Source of the DNA: Nitrospirota bacterium
GTDB taxonomy: Bacteria > Nitrospirota > UBA9217
Reading direction: 5' to 3'
NCBI GenBank assembly: GCA_963796285.1
Contig: CAWCKW010000012.1
Coordinates: forward strand, 1,440,001-1,504,000
DNA: 64,000 nt
Under the pieces are notes generated by a model. It was not told where the DNA came from, searched no databases, and worked only from the letters and a program-made list of their open reading frames with translations. This document shows, one piece after another, positions 23,290 through 33,421 of the stretch (positions are counted from its first letter, which is position 1; each line of letters opens with the position of its first letter). The position numbers were made by a program, and so were the translations under genes.

Positions 23290-24447
23290 TCAAATCTGAA
23301 CATGTTTTTCAGTGCTCCTTAGCAGTTCTTCAGCCGCATGGAAAACGTCATCCACGGAAAGATCCTCCATGCAGGCGTTGTACCGCTCGTAACGGCATGA
23401 ATTTTCATCACAGGCGGAGCGGCACGGGAATTCCTTCTCCACGACACAATGCCCCTCTCCGTAAGGCCGGGTCTCCACGCTCTTGGACGGTCCGAAGATC
23501 GCCACCGTCGGCGTCTTTATGGCCGCGGCAAGGTGCATGGGCGCGCTGTCGTTGCAGATGAACAGGTCGGCCCGGGCCAGCACGCCCGCCATCTCCCGGA
23601 GGCTGAGCGCTCCGGCAAGCGAGACCGGTTTTCGTTTCATGCATGAGGCCATTTCCGCGACCAGGGCTTTTTCACTCCCCGCTCCGAACACGACCACGGG
23701 CATGCCGTATTTTTCCATCAGTCCGTCGCACAGCGCGCTGTACCGCTGCACAGGCCACCGCTTAAGCAACAGCCTGCTGCCGGGATGGACCGCGATAAAC
23801 GGCTTTCCGATGCCCTGCTCCGCCATGATCGCGCTGACCCGCTGCTGCTCCTTGCCGTCCAGGTAGATCCCCCATTCCAGACCGTTGCCCCGGTACCCCA
23901 GATAGCGGACCAGATCGAGATGGTATTCCACCTTGTGCTTTAACCCCGGATAGGGAACAACATTGGTGAGCAGATAACCCCCGCCTCCGACGTCGTAGCT
24001 CAGGCGGTACCGCGCCCTGAAGCGCCAGGCGAGCAACAAAATATCCCGAATGTCCGCCCTGGCCTCGATCACCAGATCGAAGGTCCTCGTGCGCATCTGC
24101 TGTATGAACTCCCGGTACGCCCGTATCGAGGACGGGTAGAACCAGAAGGGATCGTGCTCGATCACCTCGTCCACGAAGGGGTTGTTCTTCAGCACCTCGG
24201 CGGCCCCTGTTGCGGTCAAAAAGGAGATCTTCACGCCCGGGTACAGTTCCTTCAACGGCTTGAGCACCGGAAGGGTCATCACCACATCGCCGATGTAGGC
24301 GGTGCGGATGATCAGAATGTTTTTGATCTCATCTGTCCGTACCTTACCGTTCTTTCGGAACAGCCGGTAAGCACCGAAGAGGAGACGACCGATCCCGTCC
24401 GCAACAGCAGTGGCGACGAGCTTTTTTTTATTTATGATCTTGTACAT
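23290..24447 (-). CDS. Glycosyltransferase family 9 (heptosyltransferase-like)
   Basis: ILIIRTAYIGDVVMTLP, HPGS..KRWP, CNDSAPMHLAAA, AIFGP. Confidence 0.88.
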   Translation of the reverse strand: MYKIINKKKLVATAVADGIGRLLFGAYRLFRKNGKVRTDEIKNILIIRTAYIGDVVMTLPVLKPLKELYPGVKISFLTATGAAEVLKNNPFVDEVIEHDPFWFYPSSIRAYREFIQQMRTRTFDLVIEARADIRDILLLAWRFRARYRLSYDVGGGGYLLTNVVPYPGLKHKVEYHLDLVRYLGYRGNGLEWGIYLDGKEQQRVSAIMAEQGIGKPFIAVHPGSRLLLKRWPVQRYSALCDGLMEKYGMPVVVFGAGSEKALVAEMASCMKRKPVSLAGALSLREMAGVLARADLFICNDSAPMHLAAAIKTPTVAIFGPSKSVETRPYGEGHCVVEKEFPCRSACDENSCRYERYNACMEDLSVDDVFHAAEELLRSTEKHVQI

Positions 24448-25292
24448 AATGTCTGCACAGCAAGCAGATAGTTCAGGATCCGTGCCTTCTGGTTTGCCTG
24501 CCGAGGGACCCAGTGGTAATCCCCGATCTTTCCCTCGTCAAATAACGTATTGAGGGGATTGTCATTGCACTTCGTCCATGCCGCCTTTCCCCGGGTCGCC
24601 AGGTTTATGAGCTCGATGGCATGTCCCTTATAGGCGCCCTGCATGTGGTCTTCTTCTCCCTGGTAGCGGAAGTATCCGCAGGGTACGTCACCCATGAACC
24701 GCGATGGTTCCCGTTCGTTCCAGAAAAGGTCATTCGCTGTGGGAAAACCCTTCAACGGCTTGTGCGTATCTTTCTTGGTGATGTTGAACCTGTTCGAAGG
24801 TCCTTCCCAGTCAAAAAGATATTGCACCGGCAGGTCGAACCGTGCCAGCGCGCCCGCGGCTATGGCGACCCCGATCGAAAACGAAAAGATGCCGATTTGG
24901 TCCATGTCCACCGAGGAATGCTTTGAAAATGAGTCTACGACGCGCGCAAACTCCTCCTGATGCAGGGGGCCCCAAAAATCCTCCTGCCCTCCTGTCTTTC
25001 CCCTCCCTAAGGGATCATAGTGGAGGACCGTGAATCCCAGGGCAGCGACATCGTCGGCAGTAATTTCCGTGTTCCCGTCATAATCCGTTCCCGTGCTGCC
25101 TCCGCCGGGTACGAAAACGACACCAGGATATCGGCCCGCGGAGACCGGACGATGAATGTGAGCATAGACAGGTACCCCCCCGGGACGAACGATCCAGGCC
25201 TCGTCACAGGCAGTGGAAACGACGCGGTATCCGGCCACGTTCTCAAAAACATGTTGTTTGTTCTTCCGGAACAGTCTCTGCAGAATGTTCAT
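24432..25292 (-). CDS. Alpha/beta-hydrolase fold protein
   Basis: GVVFVPGG, YDPLGRGKTGG, IGIFSFSIG nucleophile elbow, QGEEDH. Confidence 0.7.
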   Translation of the reverse strand: MNILQRLFRKNKQHVFENVAGYRVVSTACDEAWIVRPGGVPVYAHIHRPVSAGRYPGVVFVPGGGSTGTDYDGNTEITADDVAALGFTVLHYDPLGRGKTGGQEDFWGPLHQEEFARVVDSFSKHSSVDMDQIGIFSFSIGVAIAAGALARFDLPVQYLFDWEGPSNRFNITKKDTHKPLKGFPTANDLFWNEREPSRFMGDVPCGYFRYQGEEDHMQGAYKGHAIELINLATRGKAAWTKCNDNPLNTLFDEGKIGDYHWVPRQANQKARILNYLLAVQTLCTRS

Positions 25293-25359
25293 ACCAGCTG
25301 AAATCTCCGAAACCTATTCATGGTAAGCGGCATTGTGGATCGTATGCATGGTCCCTGGT

Positions 25360-26319
25360 TCAGCCCGAGCCTTCGACCTTCTCGGGCTCGATCATTTTCC
25401 CCACCATGAAGCGGTCGAGAAAATGCATCCAGCCCGGAAAGCGGGAAACATAATACTCCATTCTTTCGATGAACTGCCCGGTAACGGCCTTGATGCTCTC
25501 TTCTCCTTTTCCGCTTGAGGTCAAAGGCCGCTCGATCACGATCCGGTACCGTTTCCGCTCACCGGGTACGATGAACATCGGAAGAATAGAAGCCCCTGTT
25601 TTGTCGGCAAGGATGGCCGGGCCAAGAGGGAACAAGACCTTCCGTCCGAAGAAGCTGAAGATCTCGTATCTTCCCACCCGTTTCTCCGTACCGCTTCCAT
25701 CGCCGGTTATCATAATGACCCCGTTGTCGTGCAGCCACCGAAAGGCGGACCGCAGGAAGCCGTCTGCCATGATTATCTCGGCGGGAATCTTTGCCTCATA
25801 GCGCAGGCGAAGTCTGAACGCCACGTTCCTGCCGATCCAGCTGAGCCCCTCATCTGAGGGGAGCCCGATCTGCTTCATCCTGTAGCCGAGCCGTGCAAGC
25901 ACCACCAGCGGCAAATGCACCGGACCGAAGTGACCATGAACAAGAACCACACCCTTTCCACGTTTCAGCGCTTCGTCCAGATGTTCCAGACCATCCATTT
26001 CCACCAGCCGCTCCACGTCTCGAGCGCGGAACTTTGGAAAAACAAAAATCAGAAGGCGGTCCACATAATGGTTTCGGAAGTACTCCCGGACGCCGGCCGC
26101 CATCGATGCCCTTGTCCCCTCTGGTTTATCTTTCTGCAAGAGCGCAAGATTCTTGAGAAGCAGGGTCTTCCCCCCCTTCGAGAGGGAGAAGTGAATATCT
26201 CCAAAAGCGCTGAGCAAGGCAATACCCTGCTTGACAGGAATGATGGTTATTACCCACCTCAGCGGATACCACACAAAGAGGCGAAGTACATCACGAAAAA
26301 TACTTTCACGTACCTGCAT
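25360..26319 (-). CDS. LpxL/HtrB-like lipid acyltransferase
   Basis: GLEHLDEALKRGKGVVLVHGHFG, FFGRKVLFPLGPAILA, PGWMHF. Confidence 0.8.
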   Translation of the reverse strand: MQVRESIFRDVLRLFVWYPLRWVITIIPVKQGIALLSAFGDIHFSLSKGGKTLLLKNLALLQKDKPEGTRASMAAGVREYFRNHYVDRLLIFVFPKFRARDVERLVEMDGLEHLDEALKRGKGVVLVHGHFGPVHLPLVVLARLGYRMKQIGLPSDEGLSWIGRNVAFRLRLRYEAKIPAEIIMADGFLRSAFRWLHDNGVIMITGDGSGTEKRVGRYEIFSFFGRKVLFPLGPAILADKTGASILPMFIVPGERKRYRIVIERPLTSSGKGEESIKAVTGQFIERMEYYVSRFPGWMHFLDRFMVGKMIEPEKVEGSG

Positions 26320-26537
26320 TTTTACCTTAAGCCCCTGGCAACTGCTGCACGGTCCTATCGCAAATAATAATAAACTTTATCACGGCACTGAGAAGAGCAT
26401 GGTTCTCTTCTCTGTTGAGGTGTTTCGAAGTGGGACCCTCCTCGAAGGGGGCCGCCGCACTGTCATGATAAAACGCTGAAATTCCCATGACATTCATTGT
26501 TCAGGAAACTCCTTGTTCTCGACCTGTCGGAAATCCT

Positions 26538-27791
26538 CTAGTTGAATGCATCGAGTTTCCTCTGGAGATCCGACAGCTTCTTATCTTTATCGCTGACCAC
26601 AAGAAGATCCTTCTGTAAAATATATTGCGATACCAGCAGGGACAACAGATCATTTCCCTTGATGTTCAAGTGCGGATCGTTGCCCCAATACAAGTCTTGA
26701 TCGCGATTCAGCACATGACGGGTCTGGCGGGCCCTTTTCTTGAAAAGAGGCAATACATCGAGATGATCAATGCCTTCTTTATTGAAAAAATCGCGCAGCA
26801 TGTTCTGCGGTTTTTCCCTGTCCATTCCCTCCCAGCTGGTAAGGAAGGGATAGACCTGTTCCCGGTAAGGAATGATCACCACCAGAAGCCGGGACCCATG
26901 CCGGTCCGCAAGCGCTTTGAACGTCCGGAGATTTGAAAAATGAACGGACCAGGCCCGATCCACCCATGGTTTGTCGGAAAACGCGAGGGTGAAAGGGGTT
27001 ATCGCCTTGGTCTTTACGAGGATGTCCTTGACAAACGGCACCCTGAGGAGCATCGAACGCGCAGAGTATTTAAGCATATGGTATACGATCGATTGCCGTT
27101 CGGCCCGCCATTTAAAATTTTTGAGTAAAATGTTGTGCGGGTATTCCTTGACCCCGAATGCCTTATCTTCTTCCAGTGCGGCCTTTTCTTTATCGACAAT
27201 TTTGCCCGTTTCCATGTCCTGGATTTCCCGCGTAACGACCGGATAACCATCAATGACCGTAGCGTTGGGGAACAGGTAGTCATCTTCAAGATCGTTCAGA
27301 AAATATCCGACGATGATAAGTTTCGGCGATCGTTTTGTCCTTGAGATAACATCGGCGGCTTTTAACAGCTCCTGTCTTGTACCGTATCCGCCAACGCCGC
27401 ATTTTAATATCCGTTGCCCCAGAAGGTTCTCCGTCTTCGTTCCCCATTTGTCATTGAACGGCGCAAAGCCAAAGGTAAAACTGTCACCCACCAACAGGGT
27501 AAAATCCTTCTCTCCTGTATAGGGCATGTCAAAACAACCGAGCTCGTTCGACCAGATGCTATATTTTAGTCCGTCGACAAATGCCGAGGAGAGCGGGGCG
27601 TTATCGCGGATATCGTAACCCTTAACCGGATCAGCCTTTAGATAGTTTCGTAAGGGCTCGATCTGTATGGCAGGCAACAGGTTCTTATACGGGGTAAATC
27701 TCAGGACTATTTCCGTCAGAACAAGCATGACAAGAATGCTGGTCAATGCCAGAACAAGGTTTACAGCATATCGCGTTAATGCCCTTTTCAT
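26538..27791 (-). CDS. Membrane-anchored SGNH/GDSL (AlgX/AlgJ-like) protein
   Basis: N-terminal TM; VGDSFTFG, GVGGYG, FLNDLED, DPHLN. Confidence 0.82.
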   Translation of the reverse strand: MKRALTRYAVNLVLALTSILVMLVLTEIVLRFTPYKNLLPAIQIEPLRNYLKADPVKGYDIRDNAPLSSAFVDGLKYSIWSNELGCFDMPYTGEKDFTLLVGDSFTFGFAPFNDKWGTKTENLLGQRILKCGVGGYGTRQELLKAADVISRTKRSPKLIIVGYFLNDLEDDYLFPNATVIDGYPVVTREIQDMETGKIVDKEKAALEEDKAFGVKEYPHNILLKNFKWRAERQSIVYHMLKYSARSMLLRVPFVKDILVKTKAITPFTLAFSDKPWVDRAWSVHFSNLRTFKALADRHGSRLLVVIIPYREQVYPFLTSWEGMDREKPQNMLRDFFNKEGIDHLDVLPLFKKRARQTRHVLNRDQDLYWGNDPHLNIKGNDLLSLLVSQYILQKDLLVVSDKDKKLSDLQRKLDAFN

Positions 27792-29065
27792 TTTAAGTCC
27801 TTCAAGGTGAGTAAAAGATTAAATATCTTTTCAATAAACAGCGTGGAGGGGTTCGTAAAATACTGTGGGTAGAGAAGGGTTTCCCCAGCCTGTAGGGAGC
27901 CGTTCTTGAGAGCAATGTCATAAAGTTTTGTATTCGGTTCGATCCGCATGGAGTTAAATTCAAAGTGCACCCTCTTGCCCATTTGCATCTTTGCTTTGAG
28001 CACGAAATAAATGAGGCGAAAAAACGCCGCTACACTCTGTCCGGGAGGATTTTTGAAAAAATTGTAACTGACCTCGAACCCATCGATACTTTTCAGAAGG
28101 TCATACGTGGCAATGATGTCGCGGGTGTGAATGTTTTTGCCGAGGTTCTGCAATACTTCATCGGAAAACCCGTCAGGAGACAGAATAATATTCCTGCAGC
28201 CGGCGCTCTTGAGCAGCTCAATAAATTCTCTCGTAAGCCCCTTTTCCGTGAACCAGGCAGACCATTTCAGCGTGAGGCCGCGTCGTTTTATCTCGGTACA
28301 GATTTTTACGGCATGGTCCTGCGGCAGGTTGAAGACTGAATCCACAAACGTGAACTGTTCGACCCCCTCTTCCGCCAGCGCTTCAATCTCGTCGACGACC
28401 CTCTGTGCACTTCTGAGCCTCATTTTCTTCCCGTTCAGAAAGCCGTAGATACAGTAAACACATGCAAGGGCGCAGCCCCGCTTTGATTCGATTCCGATGG
28501 CCTCTCTCGTTTTTTGATAGGGTGCGACGGGGATCAATTTTCTATCGGGTAGCGGAGCGGCATCAAGGTCTATTTTATCGTCACTGCCGCCGGTGAAGAC
28601 CACTTCGCCGTTCTTGCGGTAATAAACCGATTTTACCTTATGAGGGGCCGTCGGATCTTCAAGAAGCTTTTGAAAGGACGCCTCCCCCTCAAGCATGACG
28701 CCGATATCGATGCGCGGTTCATCCTTCATGATTTCCGCTGCGAACATCGAAAAGCCGGAACCTCCGATTACGATCGGCGCCCCGGAGCAGTTCTTAATAA
28801 CACCGACGGTCTCTTTTAAAAAAGGATAATAGAATACGACCTTCTTTTTATTTGTGGAGTCGATGTTCCGAAGAGATATCCCGACTATGTCCGGGTGAAA
28901 ATCCTTTAAGATTACGCCTAAATCCTGGAAAGGGTCGGCAGAGAGATTGGAATCAAAGACCCGTATTTCATGGTTTTTCAACGATGAGACGAGGCAAGCC
29001 AAGCCGATCGGATATACCACCGGCTCGTTCCCGCCGAGATATGATTGCACAAGAAGCACTTTCAC
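27788..29065 (-). CDS. B12-binding radical SAM protein
   Basis: MKVLLVQ..YPIGLA, VGISLRNID, KRGCALACVYC, FVDSVFN. Confidence 0.88.
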   Translation of the reverse strand: MKVLLVQSYLGGNEPVVYPIGLACLVSSLKNHEIRVFDSNLSADPFQDLGVILKDFHPDIVGISLRNIDSTNKKKVVFYYPFLKETVGVIKNCSGAPIVIGGSGFSMFAAEIMKDEPRIDIGVMLEGEASFQKLLEDPTAPHKVKSVYYRKNGEVVFTGGSDDKIDLDAAPLPDRKLIPVAPYQKTREAIGIESKRGCALACVYCIYGFLNGKKMRLRSAQRVVDEIEALAEEGVEQFTFVDSVFNLPQDHAVKICTEIKRRGLTLKWSAWFTEKGLTREFIELLKSAGCRNIILSPDGFSDEVLQNLGKNIHTRDIIATYDLLKSIDGFEVSYNFFKNPPGQSVAAFFRLIYFVLKAKMQMGKRVHFEFNSMRIEPNTKLYDIALKNGSLQAGETLLYPQYFTNPSTLFIEKIFNLLLTLKDLK

Positions 29066-30558
29066 GATTTGCCCATCATTCGCTTGAATAATTTATACAT
29101 CATTTGTAATGATCGGTACAGCCATTTAAAAAACGGCCTCAAGGGCCTGCTGTTCAAAGTCTCAACAAGCGGGGAACTGACCAGAAACTTGAGCAGCGCA
29201 CTGGGAAACTTCCCCCCCTTGGCAAGCGTCATAAGCAAGTTGAGATAATTCGGCTCGCGCATGGTATAACTCTTGGCGTACACCTCTTTCCGCTCGTCCC
29301 GGACCAGACCGTCCCGCTTCGCCATCTCGTGCAGCTTCGTGCCGGGGTACAGCACCAGGGCGAAGGGCTGGAGCTGGAAGGGCTTGGGGAACTGCGCGAT
29401 CAGCTTCAAACTCTCGATCACGTCCTGCTCCGTTTCGTAGGGGACGTCCAGGATGAAATCATAGCTGGGCGGAAACATCTTGTCTTTATACTTGTTGATG
29501 ATCCGAACGGCCTGCATGACCTTCTCGTTCGACATGGTCTTCCGGTTGAAGAGCTCCTGGATCTTGCAGCTGCCGGTCTGGATGCCCATCTGGACATAGA
29601 TAAGCCCCGCATCGACGAGGAGTTTCATCTTTTCCTCGTTCACCGTCAGGGGGCTCGCCAGGCAGCTGAAAGGGAGGCCGATCTTTTCCTTGTACTCCCG
29701 GCAGAACTCCTCGAGGGCCTTCGTATTGCGGGCAAAGAATGCGTCGTCCGAGATCCAGATGAAGCCCACATAGGGCATGTGCTTCCGGACCCGGATCAGT
29801 TCCTCCATCACATGGGCCGTGGAGCGCCATCGCAGATAGCCTTCGCTGCCGTAGATGTTCTTGATCGCATCGTTGATGCAATAGGTGCATTTGTGAGGGC
29901 AGCCCCGTCCGGTCATGGTCTGGTACCCGATCCGGTGCAGGTAGTGCGATACGGTGCCGCGCTCGAGGAACTGCTTCGTCAGCTCCTCGGTCAGCGGCTG
30001 CACGCGGCCCTCGAACAGGACATGGTGGTCCTCCATGCTGTAGTCCGGCACGGGATAGGCATCAAGGTTAGTGGTGAGGGGGCGCACAGGGTTCTTGATG
30101 ATCCCGCCGTCCTTCTTCAGCCACATGTTCCGGGTTGTGGAATAATCCTGGCCCGCGGCCATCCGGTTTACCAACTCAAGCAGCGCTTCTTCTCCGTCGC
30201 CGACGCAGACCAGGTCGGCATGCTGCAGCGATTCTTCAGGCCTGATGGTGGGATGCACACCGCCCCATATCACGGGGACCGTGAGCTCCCGCTTTATGCG
30301 TTCCGTCACCTGAACGGCGCCGTCGAAGAAATTGGTCATCAGGGTCATGCCGATCAGGTCCGTATCCCTGCACAAGGAAACAACCTCGTCCAGGATATGG
30401 TCATCATACCGCTTGACGCCATAGAGTAAGTTGTCCCCCATTGGATCAGGAATAAAGATCATCCTCGTCTCGTGGCCATTGCGTTTTAAGTACGCGGAAA
30501 TCGTTCTTAGACCAAAAGAGGTTATGTCGGGATAGGGAGATATAAGTGCTATTTTCAT
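29062..30558 (-). CDS. B12-binding radical SAM protein (class B methyltransferase-like)
   Basis: WGGVHPT, VGDGEE, GRGCPHKCTYC, SDDAF, MGIQTG, YPGT. Confidence 0.9.
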   Translation of the reverse strand: MKIALISPYPDITSFGLRTISAYLKRNGHETRMIFIPDPMGDNLLYGVKRYDDHILDEVVSLCRDTDLIGMTLMTNFFDGAVQVTERIKRELTVPVIWGGVHPTIRPEESLQHADLVCVGDGEEALLELVNRMAAGQDYSTTRNMWLKKDGGIIKNPVRPLTTNLDAYPVPDYSMEDHHVLFEGRVQPLTEELTKQFLERGTVSHYLHRIGYQTMTGRGCPHKCTYCINDAIKNIYGSEGYLRWRSTAHVMEELIRVRKHMPYVGFIWISDDAFFARNTKALEEFCREYKEKIGLPFSCLASPLTVNEEKMKLLVDAGLIYVQMGIQTGSCKIQELFNRKTMSNEKVMQAVRIINKYKDKMFPPSYDFILDVPYETEQDVIESLKLIAQFPKPFQLQPFALVLYPGTKLHEMAKRDGLVRDERKEVYAKSYTMREPNYLNLLMTLAKGGKFPSALLKFLVSSPLVETLNSRPLRPFFKWLYRSLQMMYKLFKRMMGKS

Positions 30559-30878
30559 CGTGGTGTACCCCTTGCGTGACCATAAGGATTGAACAGTATG
30601 CTGAGACACATATCGCTGGCTGTTCAGGCGAGGAAAAAGACGACAACCTCGACGAAATGTCGCCTTGATAACATCACCGGCAGACTATTTCTTCGGTTGT
30701 GATTCCCGCAATGACCGGTAGTGGAGCTTTTGGCGCAATCGCTTAACCTACCTAAAGTCCGCCCCTTGTGCGAGGCCATGGGCAATCGACTGTTAAAAAA
30801 CTTTCCGCAAAAAATCGTACACCCGATTCCTGTGAAAGGGCGCGCGTTGTGTCTCCAGGGTGTAAGCGTCCGCGGTCA

Positions 30879-30980
30879 TTGAAACTCCCTGCTGCAAGCT
30901 GCACGGCATCTCGATTCTTAAGGTAAGGACATAATCGTATTCGCTCGCTAACCCAGCAGCAAGCCCGGGGAATGCGCTCA
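30879..30980. mobile_element. Degenerate non-autonomous palindromic element resembling IS200/IS605 ends
   Basis: Two related hairpins ccctgctgcaagctgcacgg and cccagcagcaagcccgggg joined by tattcgctcgctaa; no transposase. Confidence 0.45.
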
Positions 30981-30989
30981 CCCCAGAAT

Positions 30990-31148
30990 TTAAAACAACG
31001 TATACACGAACGGCGCAATCGCGGAGCCAGACGTAAAAACGATCAAGGCGCTTAATAACAATAGAAAGATAATGATGGGTATTAACCACCATTTCTTTCG
31101 TACCTTCAGAAAATCCCAGATCTCGCGGAGTATTGCTGCTTTGCCCAT
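30990..31148 (-). CDS. Small membrane protein, DUF5989/SxtK-like
   Basis: 52 aa with WDFLKVRKKWWLIP...SAIAPFVYTLF; GGAGG RBS. Confidence 0.85.
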   Translation of the reverse strand: MGKAAILREIWDFLKVRKKWWLIPIIIFLLLLSALIVFTSGSAIAPFVYTLF

Positions 31149-31158
31149 GTGCCTCCTC

Positions 31159-31581
31159 CTAAAATTGCCTTTTATATTGTTCCCGGTCGCTGACCGCGTC
31201 ATGCTTCTTCCAGTAGGTAGGGGTCTCCTTCTGGATACGCTCATCCAGCAAATCCTTACCCATTAATTTCAGCAGCCTTCCCCAGGGCGTCATGATCAGG
31301 AAAAATGCAGCCGTCAAGACCAGCCTCGTCATCAGCCAGCCCATCACAAAAGCCAGCGCCATCCACAACCGATAGGGCAGACCTAATGTCATCGGGAAAA
31401 AGATACCCGCCAGAAGAAACACCATGCTCGCGCCGGCAGGCCACATTCCGTTCGGGCTTCCTTTCCAAAACAGAGCCCCCGCCCAGACGCCGAAGAGGGC
31501 GCAAAAGAGCAGGGCGAAACTGCGCAGTGTCTTGGGCGTCACCTCGAGGCCGGTCAGTTCCTTTTTGATCTCCGAAATCAT
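31159..31581 (-). CDS. SxtJ-family membrane protein
   Basis: LRSFA, WMALAFVMGW, FFLIMTP, TYW, YKRQF; between the carbamoyltransferase and the SxtK-like gene. Confidence 0.85.
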   Translation of the reverse strand: MISEIKKELTGLEVTPKTLRSFALLFCALFGVWAGALFWKGSPNGMWPAGASMVFLLAGIFFPMTLGLPYRLWMALAFVMGWLMTRLVLTAAFFLIMTPWGRLLKLMGKDLLDERIQKETPTYWKKHDAVSDREQYKRQF

Positions 31582-31588
31582 AGGCACC

Positions 31589-33415
31589 TCAATCCAGTTC
31601 ATACTCCTTCTTCCAGTCCACGTCATGCCGCCACTCCGGCTGCTTCGTTTTGTCCAGAACGTACGAGCCCATGACCAGATAGTCCATGTGCGTTCTCATG
31701 AAACATCGATAGGCATCCTGCGGCGTGCAGACGATCGGTTCCCCGCGCACATTGAACGACGTGTTGATAATGACGGGGCACCCCGTTTTCCGATAAAATT
31801 CTTCGAGCGTCGCATGGTAGAGCGGGTTCGTTTCCTTGTGTACCGTCTGGATGCGGGCGGAGTAGTCCACATGCGTAACGGCTGGTATCGTGCTTCTAAT
31901 GACGTTCAACTTGTCAATGCCCCAGAGCCGTTCTTCATCTGCAGTCATCGTTCGCCGCCTGTCTTTTTTCACATCTGCCACCAACAGCATGTACGGGCTT
32001 GCCCGATCGATATCGAAATAGTCGGAGACCTGTTCGGCAAGCACCGACGGAGCAAAGGGCCGGAACGATTCCCGAAATTTTATTTTAAGGTTCATTTGGG
32101 CCTGCATCGCAGGCGAGCGCGCATCACCGATAATGCTCCGCGCTCCCAGTGCCCGGGGACCATACTCCATGCGTCCCTGGAACCATCCTATCACTTTTTC
32201 ACGCATCAACAAATCGGCGACAACGGCCGGGATCTGCGCTTCCCGATATTTTTCAAAGGGAAGACCGTTCGACGTCAAGAAAGACTCTATCTCTCCACTG
32301 TTGAAATCCGGGCCGAGGTACGAGCCTTGTTGCGAATCCTTGCCCGGAACGACCACCCGTTTGCCGTCCAGCACCTGGTGCCATGCAACGAGGGCGGCGC
32401 CTAATGCCCCTCCCGCATCGCCGGCCGCGGGCTGTATCCAGAGATCGTCAAATATGCCCGCCCGCAGGATCTTTCCATTCGCGACGCAATTCAAAGCAAC
32501 GCCGCCGGCAAGGCAGAGATATTTTTGCCCCGTTTCTTTTCTAATATGCCGGGCCATGCTGAGCATGACCTCCTCGGTTACCTGTTGGACCGATGCCGCC
32601 AGGTCCATCTCACGCTGCGTCAAAGCGCTTTCGGGTTTGCGGGGCGCTCCTCCGAACAACGCGTGAAATCGGTCGTTGGTCATCGTGAGTCCGGCGCAAT
32701 AATTAAAATAATCCATGTTCAGTTTGAACGATCCATCGCTCTTGAGATCGAGCAGGTGGTCATAGATCGGCTTCACATATTTCGGTTGTCCGTATGGCGC
32801 CAGCCCCATCACCTTATACTCGCCGGAGTTCACCTTGAAACCCGTATAGTAGGTGAACGCGGAATACAGCAGACCCAGGGAGTGCGGAAAATGGAGTTCA
32901 TGGTGGACCTGCAACCGATTGCCTTTGCCGACGCCCCAACTCGTCGTTGTCCACTCTCCTGCGCCGTCGATCGTTAAAAAAGCGGCCTCTTCAAAGGGCG
33001 AAGGATAAAAAGCGGATGCGGAATGGGATTCATGGTGCTGAGGAAACAGGAGCGTTCCCCGAAATCCCTTCATCTCTTTTTTGATAAACTCGGACATCCA
33101 CAGCTTTTCTTTCAGCCAAAGCGGAAGGGACATTAAAAATGATTTCAGCCCGGCCGGTGCATATGCCAGGTATGTTTCAATAATCCGTTCGAATTTGATC
33201 AGCGGCTTCTCATAAAAAACGACATGGTCCACCGATTCCATGGTGATCCCGCCTGCACGCAGGCAATACGCTATTGCCTGTCTGGGGAAATCAGGGTCAT
33301 GCTTTTTTCGGGTAAACCGCTCCTCCTGCGCTGCGGCAATAATATCACCATCGCGTATGAGGCATGCCGCACTATCATGGTAAAAAGCTGAAATTCCGAT
33401 GATGTTCACGTTCAT
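31589..33415 (-). CDS. O-carbamoyltransferase (NodU/CmcH/SxtI family)
   Basis: GISAFYHDSAA, QEERF, HHESH, DGAGE, EYKVMGLAPYG, GGVALN, GPRALGARS, FRPFAP, NTSFN. Confidence 0.95.
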   Translation of the reverse strand: MNVNIIGISAFYHDSAACLIRDGDIIAAAQEERFTRKKHDPDFPRQAIAYCLRAGGITMESVDHVVFYEKPLIKFERIIETYLAYAPAGLKSFLMSLPLWLKEKLWMSEFIKKEMKGFRGTLLFPQHHESHSASAFYPSPFEEAAFLTIDGAGEWTTTSWGVGKGNRLQVHHELHFPHSLGLLYSAFTYYTGFKVNSGEYKVMGLAPYGQPKYVKPIYDHLLDLKSDGSFKLNMDYFNYCAGLTMTNDRFHALFGGAPRKPESALTQREMDLAASVQQVTEEVMLSMARHIRKETGQKYLCLAGGVALNCVANGKILRAGIFDDLWIQPAAGDAGGALGAALVAWHQVLDGKRVVVPGKDSQQGSYLGPDFNSGEIESFLTSNGLPFEKYREAQIPAVVADLLMREKVIGWFQGRMEYGPRALGARSIIGDARSPAMQAQMNLKIKFRESFRPFAPSVLAEQVSDYFDIDRASPYMLLVADVKKDRRRTMTADEERLWGIDKLNVIRSTIPAVTHVDYSARIQTVHKETNPLYHATLEEFYRKTGCPVIINTSFNVRGEPIVCTPQDAYRCFMRTHMDYLVMGSYVLDKTKQPEWRHDVDWKKEYELD

Positions 33416-33421
33416 CTGCTC

